Assembly (NCBI GenBank): GCA_016875395.1 | Contig: VGRF01000010.1 | Location: 65,065 to 129,064 of the forward strand | Source of the DNA: Deltaproteobacteria bacterium | GTDB lineage: Bacteria > Myxococcota_A > UBA9160 > UBA6930 | Length of the DNA: 64,000 nt | Direction: 5' to 3' | Shown here: in pieces, positions 9,412 through 18,170 of the stretch | How positions within the stretch are numbered: the stretch's first letter is position 1 | Layout: each line of letters opens with the position of its first letter | The notes under the pieces: model-generated | The model's database searches: none | The model's input: the letters and a program-made list of their open reading frames with translations, nothing else | What the model was told of the DNA's origin: nothing | Translations under genes and position numbers: made by a program

Positions 9412-9966
9412 TTGGCGCAACGGTGGACGGATCACTCCGCGCGACGGGTGGCGTTCGAGCAGCTCGCGCTGCCGCACGCGGCGTCGCTGCGCGGCGCCGC
9501 ACGCCGTTGGTGCAGCCACGCGAGCGTGGCCGACGACGCGGTGCAGGAGACGTACCTGCGCGCCTACCGAACCTTCGACGCGTTCGAGCCGGGAACGAAT
9601 GCGAGGGCGTGGTTGTTCACGATCTTGTACTCGGTGTGCGCGAACGAGCGCGAGCGCGCCCGGCTGCGGAGGGTGACGGCGCTCGACGAGATTCCCGAAG
9701 CGATGCTCGCCGATCCCTCGCAACCCGTGAAACCCGAAGACTCGCTCGCGGAGAGCGAAGTCGGCCGCGAGCTGGCGGCGCTCGCGGAGCCGTTCCGCAG
9801 CGCCGTGCTGCTGGTCGACGTGGGCGAGCTCTCGTACGAGCAGGCCGCGCGCGCCGCGGGCTGCGCGACTGGGACGCTGCGCTCGCGGCTCGCGCGCGGG
9901 CGCCGCGCGCTCGCGGAAAAGCTCGCGCACCTCACGCGCGTGAGAGCGAGGGCTGCGCATGAGTGA
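9412..9966 (+). CDS. ECF (sigma-70 family) RNA polymerase sigma factor
   Basis: Region 2 reads DDAVQETYLRAYRTFDAF...NARAWLFTI. Region 4 reads LSYEQAARAAGCATGTLRSRLARGR. TTG start as given in the track. Confidence 0.8.
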   Translation: MAQRWTDHSARRVAFEQLALPHAASLRGAARRWCSHASVADDAVQETYLRAYRTFDAFEPGTNARAWLFTILYSVCANERERARLRRVTALDEIPEAMLADPSQPVKPEDSLAESEVGRELAALAEPFRSAVLLVDVGELSYEQAARAAGCATGTLRSRLARGRRALAEKLAHLTRVRARAAHE

Positions 9967-10735
9967 CGCGCTGCATCCGTCGCCCGAGGTGCTGGGAGCG
10001 TGCGTCGACGGCGCGCTGGCGGCGCGAGAGAGCGCCGAGGTCGAGGCGCATGCGCGCACGTGCGAGACGTGCGCCGGGGAGCTGCGCGCGCTGGCCGCAC
10101 TGAAGACGCAGCTGCGCGATGGCACGGGCGTCGGCGCCGACCCGGCGTTCGATGCGCGCATTCGCGCAGCGCTCGATCGCGAGGATGGGCGCGCCCTGCC
10201 GCGACGCGTGCGGCCGCGCTGGCCGTACGCTGCGCTCGCCGCGGCCGCCGCAGCGCTGTTGTTATGGGCCGCGCTGCCGCGAGCGGTCGACCTGCCTGCA
10301 GAAGCCGCAGTGCTCGCGCGCGAAGCCGCCGCGCAGCCGAGCGCGCGGACCCCGGCCGCGGCGCTCGAAGCGCGCTTCGCCGCAGCGGAGCTGCCCTTCG
10401 CAGCGCGCGTGCTCGATCTGGGCATGATGGGCTGGGAGATCGCGTCGGGGGAGGTCAGCCGGCTCGCAGAGCGCCCGAGCACTCAAATCCTCTATCGGGA
10501 CGCTACGGGTCGTTCGCTGCTGTGCGTGATGCTCGAGGCGCGCGCGAGCGAGCTGCCCGACGACGCCGCGCGCTTCGACTCCGGAGCGATCACGTTCTTC
10601 GAGTTCACGCGTGGCGACGTCACGGTGGTCGCCTGGGCGGAGGGGGACGTGCTGTGCTTCCTCGCGGGTAGGCTGCCCGCAGAAGAAGTGCGCGCGCTCG
10701 CGGTGGCGAAGGCGATGCTGCCGCCGCCCTCGTAG
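9959..10735 (+). CDS. Anti-sigma factor (zf-HC2 type)
   Basis: Overlaps the sigma gene by 8 nt. N-terminal H-x3-C-x2-C motif (EAHARTCETCAGEL) and a central TM helix. Confidence 0.7.
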   Translation: MSDALHPSPEVLGACVDGALAARESAEVEAHARTCETCAGELRALAALKTQLRDGTGVGADPAFDARIRAALDREDGRALPRRVRPRWPYAALAAAAAALLLWAALPRAVDLPAEAAVLAREAAAQPSARTPAAALEARFAAAELPFAARVLDLGMMGWEIASGEVSRLAERPSTQILYRDATGRSLLCVMLEARASELPDDAARFDSGAITFFEFTRGDVTVVAWAEGDVLCFLAGRLPAEEVRALAVAKAMLPPPS

Positions 10736-10750
10736 GCGCTCGCGCGCCCT

Positions 10751-11182
10751 TCAGCTCGCGACGAGCCCGAGCGCGGCGATCGCTGCTTTCGCCACTTCGG
10801 CGTCGCGCGCCTGGTCCGCGCCCGAGACGCCGATCGCGCCTAACAAGAGCCCGTTCTCGACGACGGGGTAGCCGCCGTCCGCGCCGATGTAGCCCGGGAT
10901 CGCGTGGATGATTTGCTGCTCGCTCGCCGGGATGCTCGCGACGTACGCGCCCCAGGCGCGCGTCGACATGCCCGTATTCACCGCGGTGAACGCCTTGTCG
11001 CGCGCGGTGTTCGCGGCGATGCGCGGCGCGCCCTCGAAGCTGAGCCAGCCCGCGAGCTGGGCCGACGAATCCATCACCGCGATGTGCACGCGGATGCCCA
11101 GCGCGCGCGACTTCGCGGCGGCGGCGTGGATCAGCTTCTCGGTCGCTTCGGTGCTGAGCGTGGCGCGCGGTGCGCTGTTCAT
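10751..11182 (-). CDS. GlcG/HbpS-like haem-binding protein (DUF336)
   Basis: Last 143 codons of ORF 10751..12310. GGYPVVENGLLLGAIGVSGADQARDAEVA is the family signature. There is a 4-nt overlap with the upstream P450. Confidence 0.7.
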   Translation of the reverse strand: MNSAPRATLSTEATEKLIHAAAAKSRALGIRVHIAVMDSSAQLAGWLSFEGAPRIAANTARDKAFTAVNTGMSTRAWGAYVASIPASEQQIIHAIPGYIGADGGYPVVENGLLLGAIGVSGADQARDAEVAKAAIAALGLVAS

Positions 11183-12420
11183 GGCGTGGCTCCTCGTCGC
11201 GGTTCGTACGTGATGTGCAGCGCGCGCAGCGTACGCAGCGAGAGGCCGGGCAGATACTCGGGCGCGAAGCCGGGCGCGAGCGCGATGCGGTCGAGTCGCT
11301 CGAGTAGCGCGGCGAACGCGAGCTGAAGCTCGAGCCGCGCGAGCGGCGCGCCAATGCAGTGATGCTCGCCTTGGCTGAAGGCCATGTGCGCGCCGGCGTT
11401 CGGGCGCTGCAGATCGAGCGCGTCCGGGTTCGCGAACACCTCGGGATCGCGGTTCGCGGCGGCGAAGCGCACGTGCACCATCGCGCCGCGCGGAATCAGG
11501 GCGCCGCCCACGACGCCGTCGGCCACGGCGAAGCGGAAGAAGCCCTGGCTCGGCGACTCGAGCCGCAGCACTTCCTCGACGAAGGTGCGCAGCAGCGCCG
11601 GCTCGCGGCGCAGCTCGTCCGCGACGTCGGGGCGCTGCGCCAATAACAACACGCCCGATGCGATGGCGCTCGTCGCCGTCTCGTGCCCGCCCACGAGCAG
11701 GTGCTCGGCGATGCCCATGCGGTCCGTGGGGGTGAGACGCGAGCCGTCCGGCAGCGTGTCGTGCACCAAGTCGCTGAGGATGTCCTCGCGCGGCGCGTGC
11801 TCGCGCTCGGCCATGCGCGCAGCGAGGTAGCGCTGCAGCTCGAGCCCGAGCCGCGCCACTTCGAGCTCGCGTTCGAGCGTCAGCGTGAAGCCGAGCGGCT
11901 CCACCCACGCGTCGCTCCACGCCTTGATGCGCGGCGCGTCCTCCGGCGGAAGCCCGAGGCGATTCGCGATCACGTGAATCGGCAGCGGCGCCGCGAAGCG
12001 CGCGATCAGCTCGCACGCGCGGGAGTCGAGCAGCGCGTCCGCGAGGCGCGCCACGATCGCGCGCAGAAACGGCTCGCTCGCGCGCACACGGCCCGCCGTG
12101 AACGACGTGTTGACGAGCGCGCGAAAGCCGCGGTGCTCGGGCGGATCGGTCTGCAGCTTCGTGTTGCGCGCGAAGCCCTCGCGCGCGAGCAGCTCCGCCG
12201 CCTCCGCGTGGCGGAACATCGAGAAGCCCGCCTTGCCGAGCAGGTCGTTCGACCAGATCTCGGGATGCGACAGCACGTGCTGCACGTCGCGATAGCGCGT
12301 CACGACCCACGCGTTGATCTCGGGCATGAAGTACACGCCGTGCTCGCGCAGCGCGGCGTGGTAGGCGTACGGGCTCTGCTGCACCGCGGGATCGAGCAAG
12401 CTCGCGTCGCTGGGCTTCAT
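11179..12420 (-). CDS. Cytochrome P450
   Basis: Internal ATG (codon 145) of ORF 11179..12852. Contains GGHETT (I-helix), ESP (ExxR region) and FSQGEHHCIGAPLA (Cys-ligand loop). Confidence 0.9.
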   Translation of the reverse strand: MKPSDASLLDPAVQQSPYAYHAALREHGVYFMPEINAWVVTRYRDVQHVLSHPEIWSNDLLGKAGFSMFRHAEAAELLAREGFARNTKLQTDPPEHRGFRALVNTSFTAGRVRASEPFLRAIVARLADALLDSRACELIARFAAPLPIHVIANRLGLPPEDAPRIKAWSDAWVEPLGFTLTLERELEVARLGLELQRYLAARMAEREHAPREDILSDLVHDTLPDGSRLTPTDRMGIAEHLLVGGHETATSAIASGVLLLAQRPDVADELRREPALLRTFVEEVLRLESPSQGFFRFAVADGVVGGALIPRGAMVHVRFAAANRDPEVFANPDALDLQRPNAGAHMAFSQGEHHCIGAPLARLELQLAFAALLERLDRIALAPGFAPEYLPGLSLRTLRALHITYEPRRGATP

Positions 12421-12439
12421 GCGCGGTCCCCTCGCAACG

Positions 12440-13615
12440 TCACGCGCTCGCCCACAGCGCGGCGGGCGCGCGCACGGTGGGGTTGTCGCTGCGCCACGCG
12501 ACCTCGCCCTCGAGGCGCAGCGCCGGCGCCGCGCGCAGCAGCGCGCCCACCGCGAGCTGCGCTTCGAGGCGCGCGAGCGCGGCGCCGAGGCACACGTGGC
12601 GGCCGCCGCCGAACGCGAGCGAGCGTTCGGGCGCGCGCGCGAGGTCGAAGCGATCGGGCGACGGGAAGCGCGCGGGGTCGCGGCTCGCGGCGGCGATCGA
12701 GATGAGCACGTGCGCACCAGCGGGAATCTCGGCGCCGCCGAGCTCCAGCGCGCGCGCCGCGAAGCGGCTGCACGAGAGCGCGGGCGGCTCGAAGCGCAGC
12801 GTCTCCTCGATCGCGGCGGCCAGCGCCGCGTCGTCCGCGCGCGCTCTCGCAAGTTGTTCGGGATGCGCGTGCAGGCACAGCAGCGTGTTCGCGATCAGCC
12901 CCGTCGTCGTGTCGATCGCCGCGGACACGAGCAGCACGCAGTTCGCGACCACCTCGAGCTCGCTCAGCGCGCCGAGCTGCGCGTCCGGCGCGCGCAGCCG
13001 CGCGAGTAGGCCCTCGGGCGGAGCGCTCGCGGCGCGCTGATTCGCGGCGAAGAAGTACTCCGCGAGCGCCGCGAGAAAGCCGCCGCCCTCGGCGCTCGCG
13101 CCAGGTCGCAGCAGCGGCTCCACCCGAGCCTGCCACTCCTCGCGCTCGATGCAGAACAGCGCGCGAATCACCTCGCTCGGCAGCGCGAACGCAAGGCGCG
13201 CAACGAGGTCGACGCGGCCGTGCACTGCTTCGCGCGCGACGCCCTGCGCGAGCCGCTCCGAGGTTGCGGCGATGAACGGCCGTAACAACTCGACGCGCCG
13301 CGGCGTTAACTCGCGGCGCACGAGGCCACGCGCGCGCTCGTGAGTGGCTCCGTCTTGCGCCATCAGCCAGTGCGTCATCACGTCGTAGAGGAGGCCGCTG
13401 CGCGCGCCGAACGACTCCGCGACGCCGCTGCCCGCCACGAGCTCCGGCGCACGCAGCGCGCGCTCGGCCTCGGCGTAGCGCGTCACGAGGAACACGTTGC
13501 CCGCCAGCGCGTGCACCGCCGCGGCGTCGCGCAGCTCCGCGAGCGCCGCGTGCATGTCCTCGCGGCGATGCAGCGCATAGAGATCCCAGCCTTGGGCGAA
13601 CGGCATGGCCCGCAT
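12440..13615 (-). CDS. Cytochrome P450
   Basis: 391-aa ORF with the FGGGRHVCLGAALARLE Cys-ligand loop. Tandem with the downstream P450. Confidence 0.85.
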   Translation of the reverse strand: MRAMPFAQGWDLYALHRREDMHAALAELRDAAAVHALAGNVFLVTRYAEAERALRAPELVAGSGVAESFGARSGLLYDVMTHWLMAQDGATHERARGLVRRELTPRRVELLRPFIAATSERLAQGVAREAVHGRVDLVARLAFALPSEVIRALFCIEREEWQARVEPLLRPGASAEGGGFLAALAEYFFAANQRAASAPPEGLLARLRAPDAQLGALSELEVVANCVLLVSAAIDTTTGLIANTLLCLHAHPEQLARARADDAALAAAIEETLRFEPPALSCSRFAARALELGGAEIPAGAHVLISIAAASRDPARFPSPDRFDLARAPERSLAFGGGRHVCLGAALARLEAQLAVGALLRAAPALRLEGEVAWRSDNPTVRAPAALWASA

Positions 13616-13649
13616 CTTGGCGTAGCCTGCCCAGCCGCGAGCCGACTTC

Positions 13650-13713
13650 GTCCGAGGCGGAGCGCGATGCCACGATCGAACGCAGCGACCGAAGGCGAGC
13701 GGGGAGTCGAGCG
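13650..13713 (+). repeat. Possible diverged member R6 (abuts the ADH GTG start)
   Basis: GAGGCGGAGCGCGATGCC..CGCAGCGACCGAAGGCGAGCGGGGAGTCGAGCG. Confidence 0.4.
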
Positions 13714-14655
13714 GTGAAAGCGGTGCGATTCGAGCAAGGCGCGGTGCGCGTAGTGGACGCGGAGGCGCCGCGCGGCGAAGGCGTGCGGGTGCGCGTCAGC
13801 GCGTGCGGCATTTGCGCGAGCGACCTCGCGATGCTCGACGCGGGCTTCCCGATCGCGGGCATCCCCGGCCACGAGATCGCGGGCACGCTCGCGGACGGCA
13901 CCGCGGTCGCGATCGAGCCCGTCGCGCCGTGCGGCGCGTGCGAGTTCTGCCGCACCGGCGACTACCAGGTTTGCCGTGCGGGCGTCGAGATCATCTACGG
14001 CGTCGGTCGCAACGGCGGCATGGCGGACGAGATCGTCGTGCCCGAGCGCTGCCTCGTCGCGCTGCCGCGCGGACTCGATCCGCGCCACGCGGCGCTCGTG
14101 GAGCCGCTCGCGGTCGCGGTGCACGGCCTCCGCCGCGCAGGGATTCGCGGCGGCGAGCGCGTCGCGATCATCGGCGGCGGCGCGATCGGCCTGTGCGCGA
14201 CGGCGGCGGCCGTCGCGGCCGGCTGTCAGGTCGCACTCGCCGCGCGCCACGATCGCCAGCGCGAAGCCGGCGCGCGCCTCGGCGCGAAGCCGCTCGCCGC
14301 GGGCGAGGCCGACATCGCGATCGACTGCGCGGGCACCACGCAATCGCTCGAAGAGTGCGCCGCCGCGCTGCGGCCGAACGGGATGTTGTTATTGCTCGCC
14401 GCCGCCTGGGGCCCGATCGCGCTGCCAGGCTTCACGTTCGTCGCGAAGGAGCTCGCGCTCACCGTCGCCTCGATGTACGGCCGGAGCGCCCAAGGGCGCG
14501 ACGCCGACGCAGCCGCCGCGCTGCTCGCCGCGAAGCCGCAAATCGGCGAGCTGCTGATCACGCACCGCTTCCCGCTCGCAGCCGCCGCCGAAGCCTTCGC
14601 TACCGCGCGCGACCGCAAGGCGGGAGCGATCAAGGTCGTGCTCGAGCCGGCCTGA
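13714..14655 (+). CDS. Zinc-dependent alcohol dehydrogenase (MDR family)
   Basis: GICASDL...GHEIAG (catalytic Zn), CGACEFC (structural Zn) and IIGGGAIGL (NAD fold). GTG start. Confidence 0.8.
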   Translation: MKAVRFEQGAVRVVDAEAPRGEGVRVRVSACGICASDLAMLDAGFPIAGIPGHEIAGTLADGTAVAIEPVAPCGACEFCRTGDYQVCRAGVEIIYGVGRNGGMADEIVVPERCLVALPRGLDPRHAALVEPLAVAVHGLRRAGIRGGERVAIIGGGAIGLCATAAAVAAGCQVALAARHDRQREAGARLGAKPLAAGEADIAIDCAGTTQSLEECAAALRPNGMLLLLAAAWGPIALPGFTFVAKELALTVASMYGRSAQGRDADAAAALLAAKPQIGELLITHRFPLAAAAEAFATARDRKAGAIKVVLEPA

Positions 14656-14705
14656 AAGGCGTCGCTGGCCTCGCCGCGCTGCGCGCAGGGGAGCGCCGCT
14701 CGCGG

Positions 14706-15110
14706 TCAAGCCTTCGGCGGGAATTCGTCGAACTGCGGGAGGTCGTCGCTGATCTCGTACCACGGCGCCTTCGACGCGACGAAGATGTGGCACACCGCGC
14801 GCTTCCCGGGGTCCGTCGCGAGCGTGCCGAGTGCGAGCCCGTAGTTGTCAGGGTCGGGATCCCACGAGTTCACGAGCGGCGACCCGCACACGCGGCAGAA
14901 ACGCTTCACCGTGTCCGCCGACGAGCGGTACTCCGTGATCAACTCCTCGCCGCGCACGAAGCGAAAGTCGCGCTTCCGCACCGCCGCGCTGGTGCGAAAC
15001 GCCGAGCCATGCCAGCGCCGGCACATCGAGCAGTGGCAGTAGAGAATCGTCCCGATCTCGCCGTCGATCTCGTACGCGACGCCGCCACAGAGGCACGAGC
15101 CGTGGTGCAT
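14706..15110 (-). CDS. GFA (glutathione-dependent formaldehyde-activating / CENP-V) family protein
   Basis: CLCGGV...CHCSMCRRWHG...CRVCGSPL Zn-Cys pattern. Confidence 0.75.
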   Translation of the reverse strand: MHHGSCLCGGVAYEIDGEIGTILYCHCSMCRRWHGSAFRTSAAVRKRDFRFVRGEELITEYRSSADTVKRFCRVCGSPLVNSWDPDPDNYGLALGTLATDPGKRAVCHIFVASKAPWYEISDDLPQFDEFPPKA

Positions 15111-15127
15111 GCTGTTCCCCGCGATGA

Positions 15128-15514
15128 GTGGAGGCTGCGATGCCCACGTACACGGGAAAGTGTCACTGCGGCGCGATCGAGTTCGAGGTCGACGGCACGC
15201 TCGACCACGTCGTCGACTGCAACTGCTCCTACTGCGCCCGCGCCGGCTACCTGCACTGGAACGTCGAGCCGCGCCAGCTCCGCATCACGAAGGGTGCGGA
15301 CGCCTACCGCACCTACACCTTCGGCACCGGCACCTCGCGGAACCACTTCTGCACCACCTGCGGCATCTCCCCCTTCCGCGTCCCGCGCTCCGACCCGCAC
15401 CTGATCGACATCAACGTGCGCTGCCTTCACGGCGTCGACGCGAGCAAGCTGCACGTCCAACGCTTCGACGGCGCCCACTGGGAAGACGCGATCAAGACGA
15501 GGCGCTGGAAGTAA
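15128..15514 (+). CDS. GFA family protein (second copy, divergent)
   Basis: CHCGAIEF...CNCSYCARAG...CTTCGISPF. GTG at 15128 or ATG at 15140. Confidence 0.75.
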   Translation: MEAAMPTYTGKCHCGAIEFEVDGTLDHVVDCNCSYCARAGYLHWNVEPRQLRITKGADAYRTYTFGTGTSRNHFCTTCGISPFRVPRSDPHLIDINVRCLHGVDASKLHVQRFDGAHWEDAIKTRRWK

Positions 15515-15535
15515 CCGCCGCCAACCTCAGAAAAG

Positions 15536-15570
15536 CGAAGCGACGGCGCCTCGATGGCGCCGTCGCTTCG
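15536..15570 (+). terminator. GC-rich hairpin after the GFA gene
   Basis: CGAAGCGACGGCGCC-TCGAT-GGCGCCGTCGCTTCG is a perfect 15-bp stem. It starts 22 nt after the stop. There is no clear U-tract. Confidence 0.45.
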
Positions 15571-15616
15571 TTCCTCCACAAACGAGACGTGCAGCCCCTC
15601 TTCGAACCCACGACAA

Positions 15617-15781
15617 GGCCGCGGGGGGCGGGGGCGGCGGAGGCGAAATCAAGCACAGCTCGGCCGCGAACACCGTGCAGCGCTACGCCGAGGCGAGCGC
15701 GTTCTCCCAGATCTCGGAGACGCCCCAAGCGAGCGGCCGCCAACGAGCCATTCGCCGCGGCCGCCCCCGCCCCCCGCGGCC
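15617..15781. repeat. 22-bp perfect G/C inverted repeat pair enclosing 121 nt of non-coding DNA
   Basis: GGCCGCGGGGGGCGGGGGCGGC at 15617-15638 and its exact reverse complement at 15760-15781. Confidence 0.7.
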
Positions 15782-15837
15782 GCTGCGAGCGCGAGTGCTT
15801 CCTCGAGCGCGAGTCCGCGACGCGCTCGATCCGCCAC

Positions 15838-17379
15838 TCAAGGCCGCATCGAGTAAACCCGCGGCCCTGACAACCCCCGCAGCTCTCCCTGCACTTCCTC
15901 CACCCACGCGCACAGCCGCGGGCGCGTCTCGCGCGGGTCGATCAGCTCGTGCACGCCGAACTCCTCAGCCCGCGGAAACACCGACTGCGCCGCGGCCATT
16001 TCCTCTTCCAGCTCGCGCCGCCGCGCCTCCGGATCCGGCGCCGCCGCGATCTCCTTGGCGAACGCGAGATGCACGCCGCTCTCCACCGGCAGCGCGCCGC
16101 TCGCGAGCGACGGCCACGCGAGCACCGTGCAGCTCGGGCCGTAATGAATCCCCTGCGCGACCCCGAACGACTTGCGCAGCACCACCGCGATCCACGGCAC
16201 GCGCGTCTGCTGCACGGCGAAGAGCGCCTCCATGCCGTAGCGGATCGTGCCCGCCTTCTCGGCGTCGGGGCCGATCAGGAAGCCCGGCTCGTCGACGAAG
16301 CTCACGATCGGCAGATGAAACGCGTCGCACGTCTCGACGAAGCGGCGCAGCTTCTGCGCGCCGTCGGCCGACATGCCGCCCCCGTAGATGTTGGGGTCGT
16401 TCGCGATCACGCCGACGGGCTGGCCCGCGATGCGCGCGAGTGCCGTGACCTGCGTGCGCCCGTAGAGCGGCGCGATCTCGAACAGCGAGCCGGAGTCGAC
16501 GACGTGCTCCAGCAAGCGGCGCACCTTGTACGTCTTGCGGCGATCGCGCGGGATGAAGCTCAGCAGCGCTTCTTCCGCGCGCGCTGCGGGATCGCTGCAC
16601 ACGAGGCGTGGCGCGGGCTCCCACACCGAGGGCGGGAGGTACGAGAGGAACGCGCGGATCTGGCGCCACGCGTCGGCTTCGTCGGCGGCTTCGTTGTGCA
16701 CGACGCCACTTCTCAGGTGGACCGCGGGTCCGCCGAGCTCCTCCTTCGTGAATTTCTTCCCCATCGCGCGCTCGACCAGCGCGGGGCCGCCGGTGAGCAC
16801 GACCGCGGTGTCGCGAGTCATTAGGGAGAAATGCGACGCGGTGAGGCGGCCGGCCGGGAAGCCTGCGCACGGGCCGAGCGCGGCGCACACGACGGGCACT
16901 TCGGCGAGCGCCTGCATCGCGAGCAGGTTCATCGGGCTCGGGGCTGTTAAGTCGTAGCCCGAGCGCCCGCGCGCGCCGTACGCGCCGGACACGCTGGCGC
17001 CGCCGCCTTCGAGCAGGCGCACGAGCGGCATGCGGCGGCGGATCGCGAGGCCCTCGGCGTGCTGGATCTTCTTGAGGCTCGCGGGCGTGTAGGCGCCGCC
17101 CTTGATCGTGAAGTCGTCGCCCGCGATCACCGCGGCGCGCCCGCCGACCGTCGCGGTGCCGGCCACGATGTTCGTGGGCGAGAACGCGCCGCCCTCGGCG
17201 ACTTCGCCCGCGATCTCGCCGACCTCGCGGAAGCTGCCCGCGTCCGCGAGCGCGTCGATGCGCTCGCGCACCGTGCCACGCCCGCGCGACTTGTGCTTCG
17301 CCACCGCCTCCGCGCCGCCGAGCGCGTGCGCACCGCGGCGCCGGCGCGCGATCTCGTCCGCCTCGTCCTGCCAGCTCAT
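15838..17379 (-). CDS. Acyl-CoA carboxylase carboxyltransferase (beta) subunit, propionyl-CoA carboxylase-like
   Basis: Internal ATG (codon 22) of ORF 15838..17442. GKRGTVRERIDAL-like N-terminus, GGAYTPA, and a PLVRLLEGGGA / GPCAG / IANDPNIYGG pattern. Confidence 0.85.
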   Translation of the reverse strand: MSWQDEADEIARRRRGAHALGGAEAVAKHKSRGRGTVRERIDALADAGSFREVGEIAGEVAEGGAFSPTNIVAGTATVGGRAAVIAGDDFTIKGGAYTPASLKKIQHAEGLAIRRRMPLVRLLEGGGASVSGAYGARGRSGYDLTAPSPMNLLAMQALAEVPVVCAALGPCAGFPAGRLTASHFSLMTRDTAVVLTGGPALVERAMGKKFTKEELGGPAVHLRSGVVHNEAADEADAWRQIRAFLSYLPPSVWEPAPRLVCSDPAARAEEALLSFIPRDRRKTYKVRRLLEHVVDSGSLFEIAPLYGRTQVTALARIAGQPVGVIANDPNIYGGGMSADGAQKLRRFVETCDAFHLPIVSFVDEPGFLIGPDAEKAGTIRYGMEALFAVQQTRVPWIAVVLRKSFGVAQGIHYGPSCTVLAWPSLASGALPVESGVHLAFAKEIAAAPDPEARRRELEEEMAAAQSVFPRAEEFGVHELIDPRETRPRLCAWVEEVQGELRGLSGPRVYSMRP

Positions 17380-17522
17380 AGGCGGGCGACAGTACCCCGA
17401 GGCCGGATGCGAGCGAACGTGCCCGGACGCGAGCGAACGCATGGCAATGGCACACTCGGGGTCCGACCACTTGAGGTCTGACCCTTTTGTGCCGCAGCCG
17501 CGCCGACCGAACCGGAGACCCG

Positions 17523-18044
17523 ATGCCCACCACCGATGAGCTCGCCGCCGAGATCGCGGCGCTACGGGCGCGCGTCGAGCGCGCGGAGGCGGCGCTCGCG
17601 ATTCATGCGCTGAAGGCGCGCTACGCGCAGCTCGTGGACGAGCGCTACGCGCGCGGCCGCGTCGCGAGCGACGAGATCGTGGCGGCGCGCGCGGAGGCGA
17701 TCGCGGCGCTCTTCACCGAGGACGGCGTATGGGACGGCGGCGCGCAGCTCGGCATCGCCCGCGGGCGCGCCGAGATCGCGGCGCGCATGCGCGTGCCCAC
17801 GCTCGTTTTCTCGTGGCACTTCTTCGTGAAGCCACAGATCGACGTGCTCTCGCCCGACCGCGCCCGCGCGCGCTGGGACATTCTCTCGCCATGCACGACC
17901 GCGGACGGCGCGCCGAGCTGGATGGTCGGCTTCGAGGACGACGAGTACGCGCGCGTCGGCGGCGAGTGGCTGCACCGCGCGATGAAGCTCACGCCCGTCT
18001 TCATGGCGCCGCACGCGACGGGCTGGACGCGCATCCTCCGCTGA
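17523..18044 (+). CDS. SnoaL-like / NTF2-fold protein
   Basis: Internal ATG (codon 13) of ORF 17487..18044. Coiled N-terminus, then the pattern of SnoaL_4-type proteins (W..G...G...I......F.WH). Confidence 0.5.
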   Translation: MPTTDELAAEIAALRARVERAEAALAIHALKARYAQLVDERYARGRVASDEIVAARAEAIAALFTEDGVWDGGAQLGIARGRAEIAARMRVPTLVFSWHFFVKPQIDVLSPDRARARWDILSPCTTADGAPSWMVGFEDDEYARVGGEWLHRAMKLTPVFMAPHATGWTRILR

Positions 18045-18052
18045 CGCGCACC

Positions 18053-18167
18053 TGGGACGTACGTGCACCAAAGCGCGCACACGGGACGTACATGCACCAA
18101 AGCGCGCACTGGGGACGTACGTGCACGCTCCCAGGCGTCTCGATGTGCACGTACGTCCCCAGTGCGC
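18053..18167. repeat. 29-bp tandem repeat (about 2.5 units) ending in a 23-bp perfect hairpin; likely bidirectional terminator
   Basis: Repeat units start at 18053, 18082 and 18111 (GGGACGTACRTGCACCAAAGCGCGCAC). The stem GCGCACTGGGGACGTACGTGCAC at 18104-18126 pairs with 18145-18167. It lies between convergent genes. Confidence 0.75.
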
Positions 18168-18170
18168 GGG

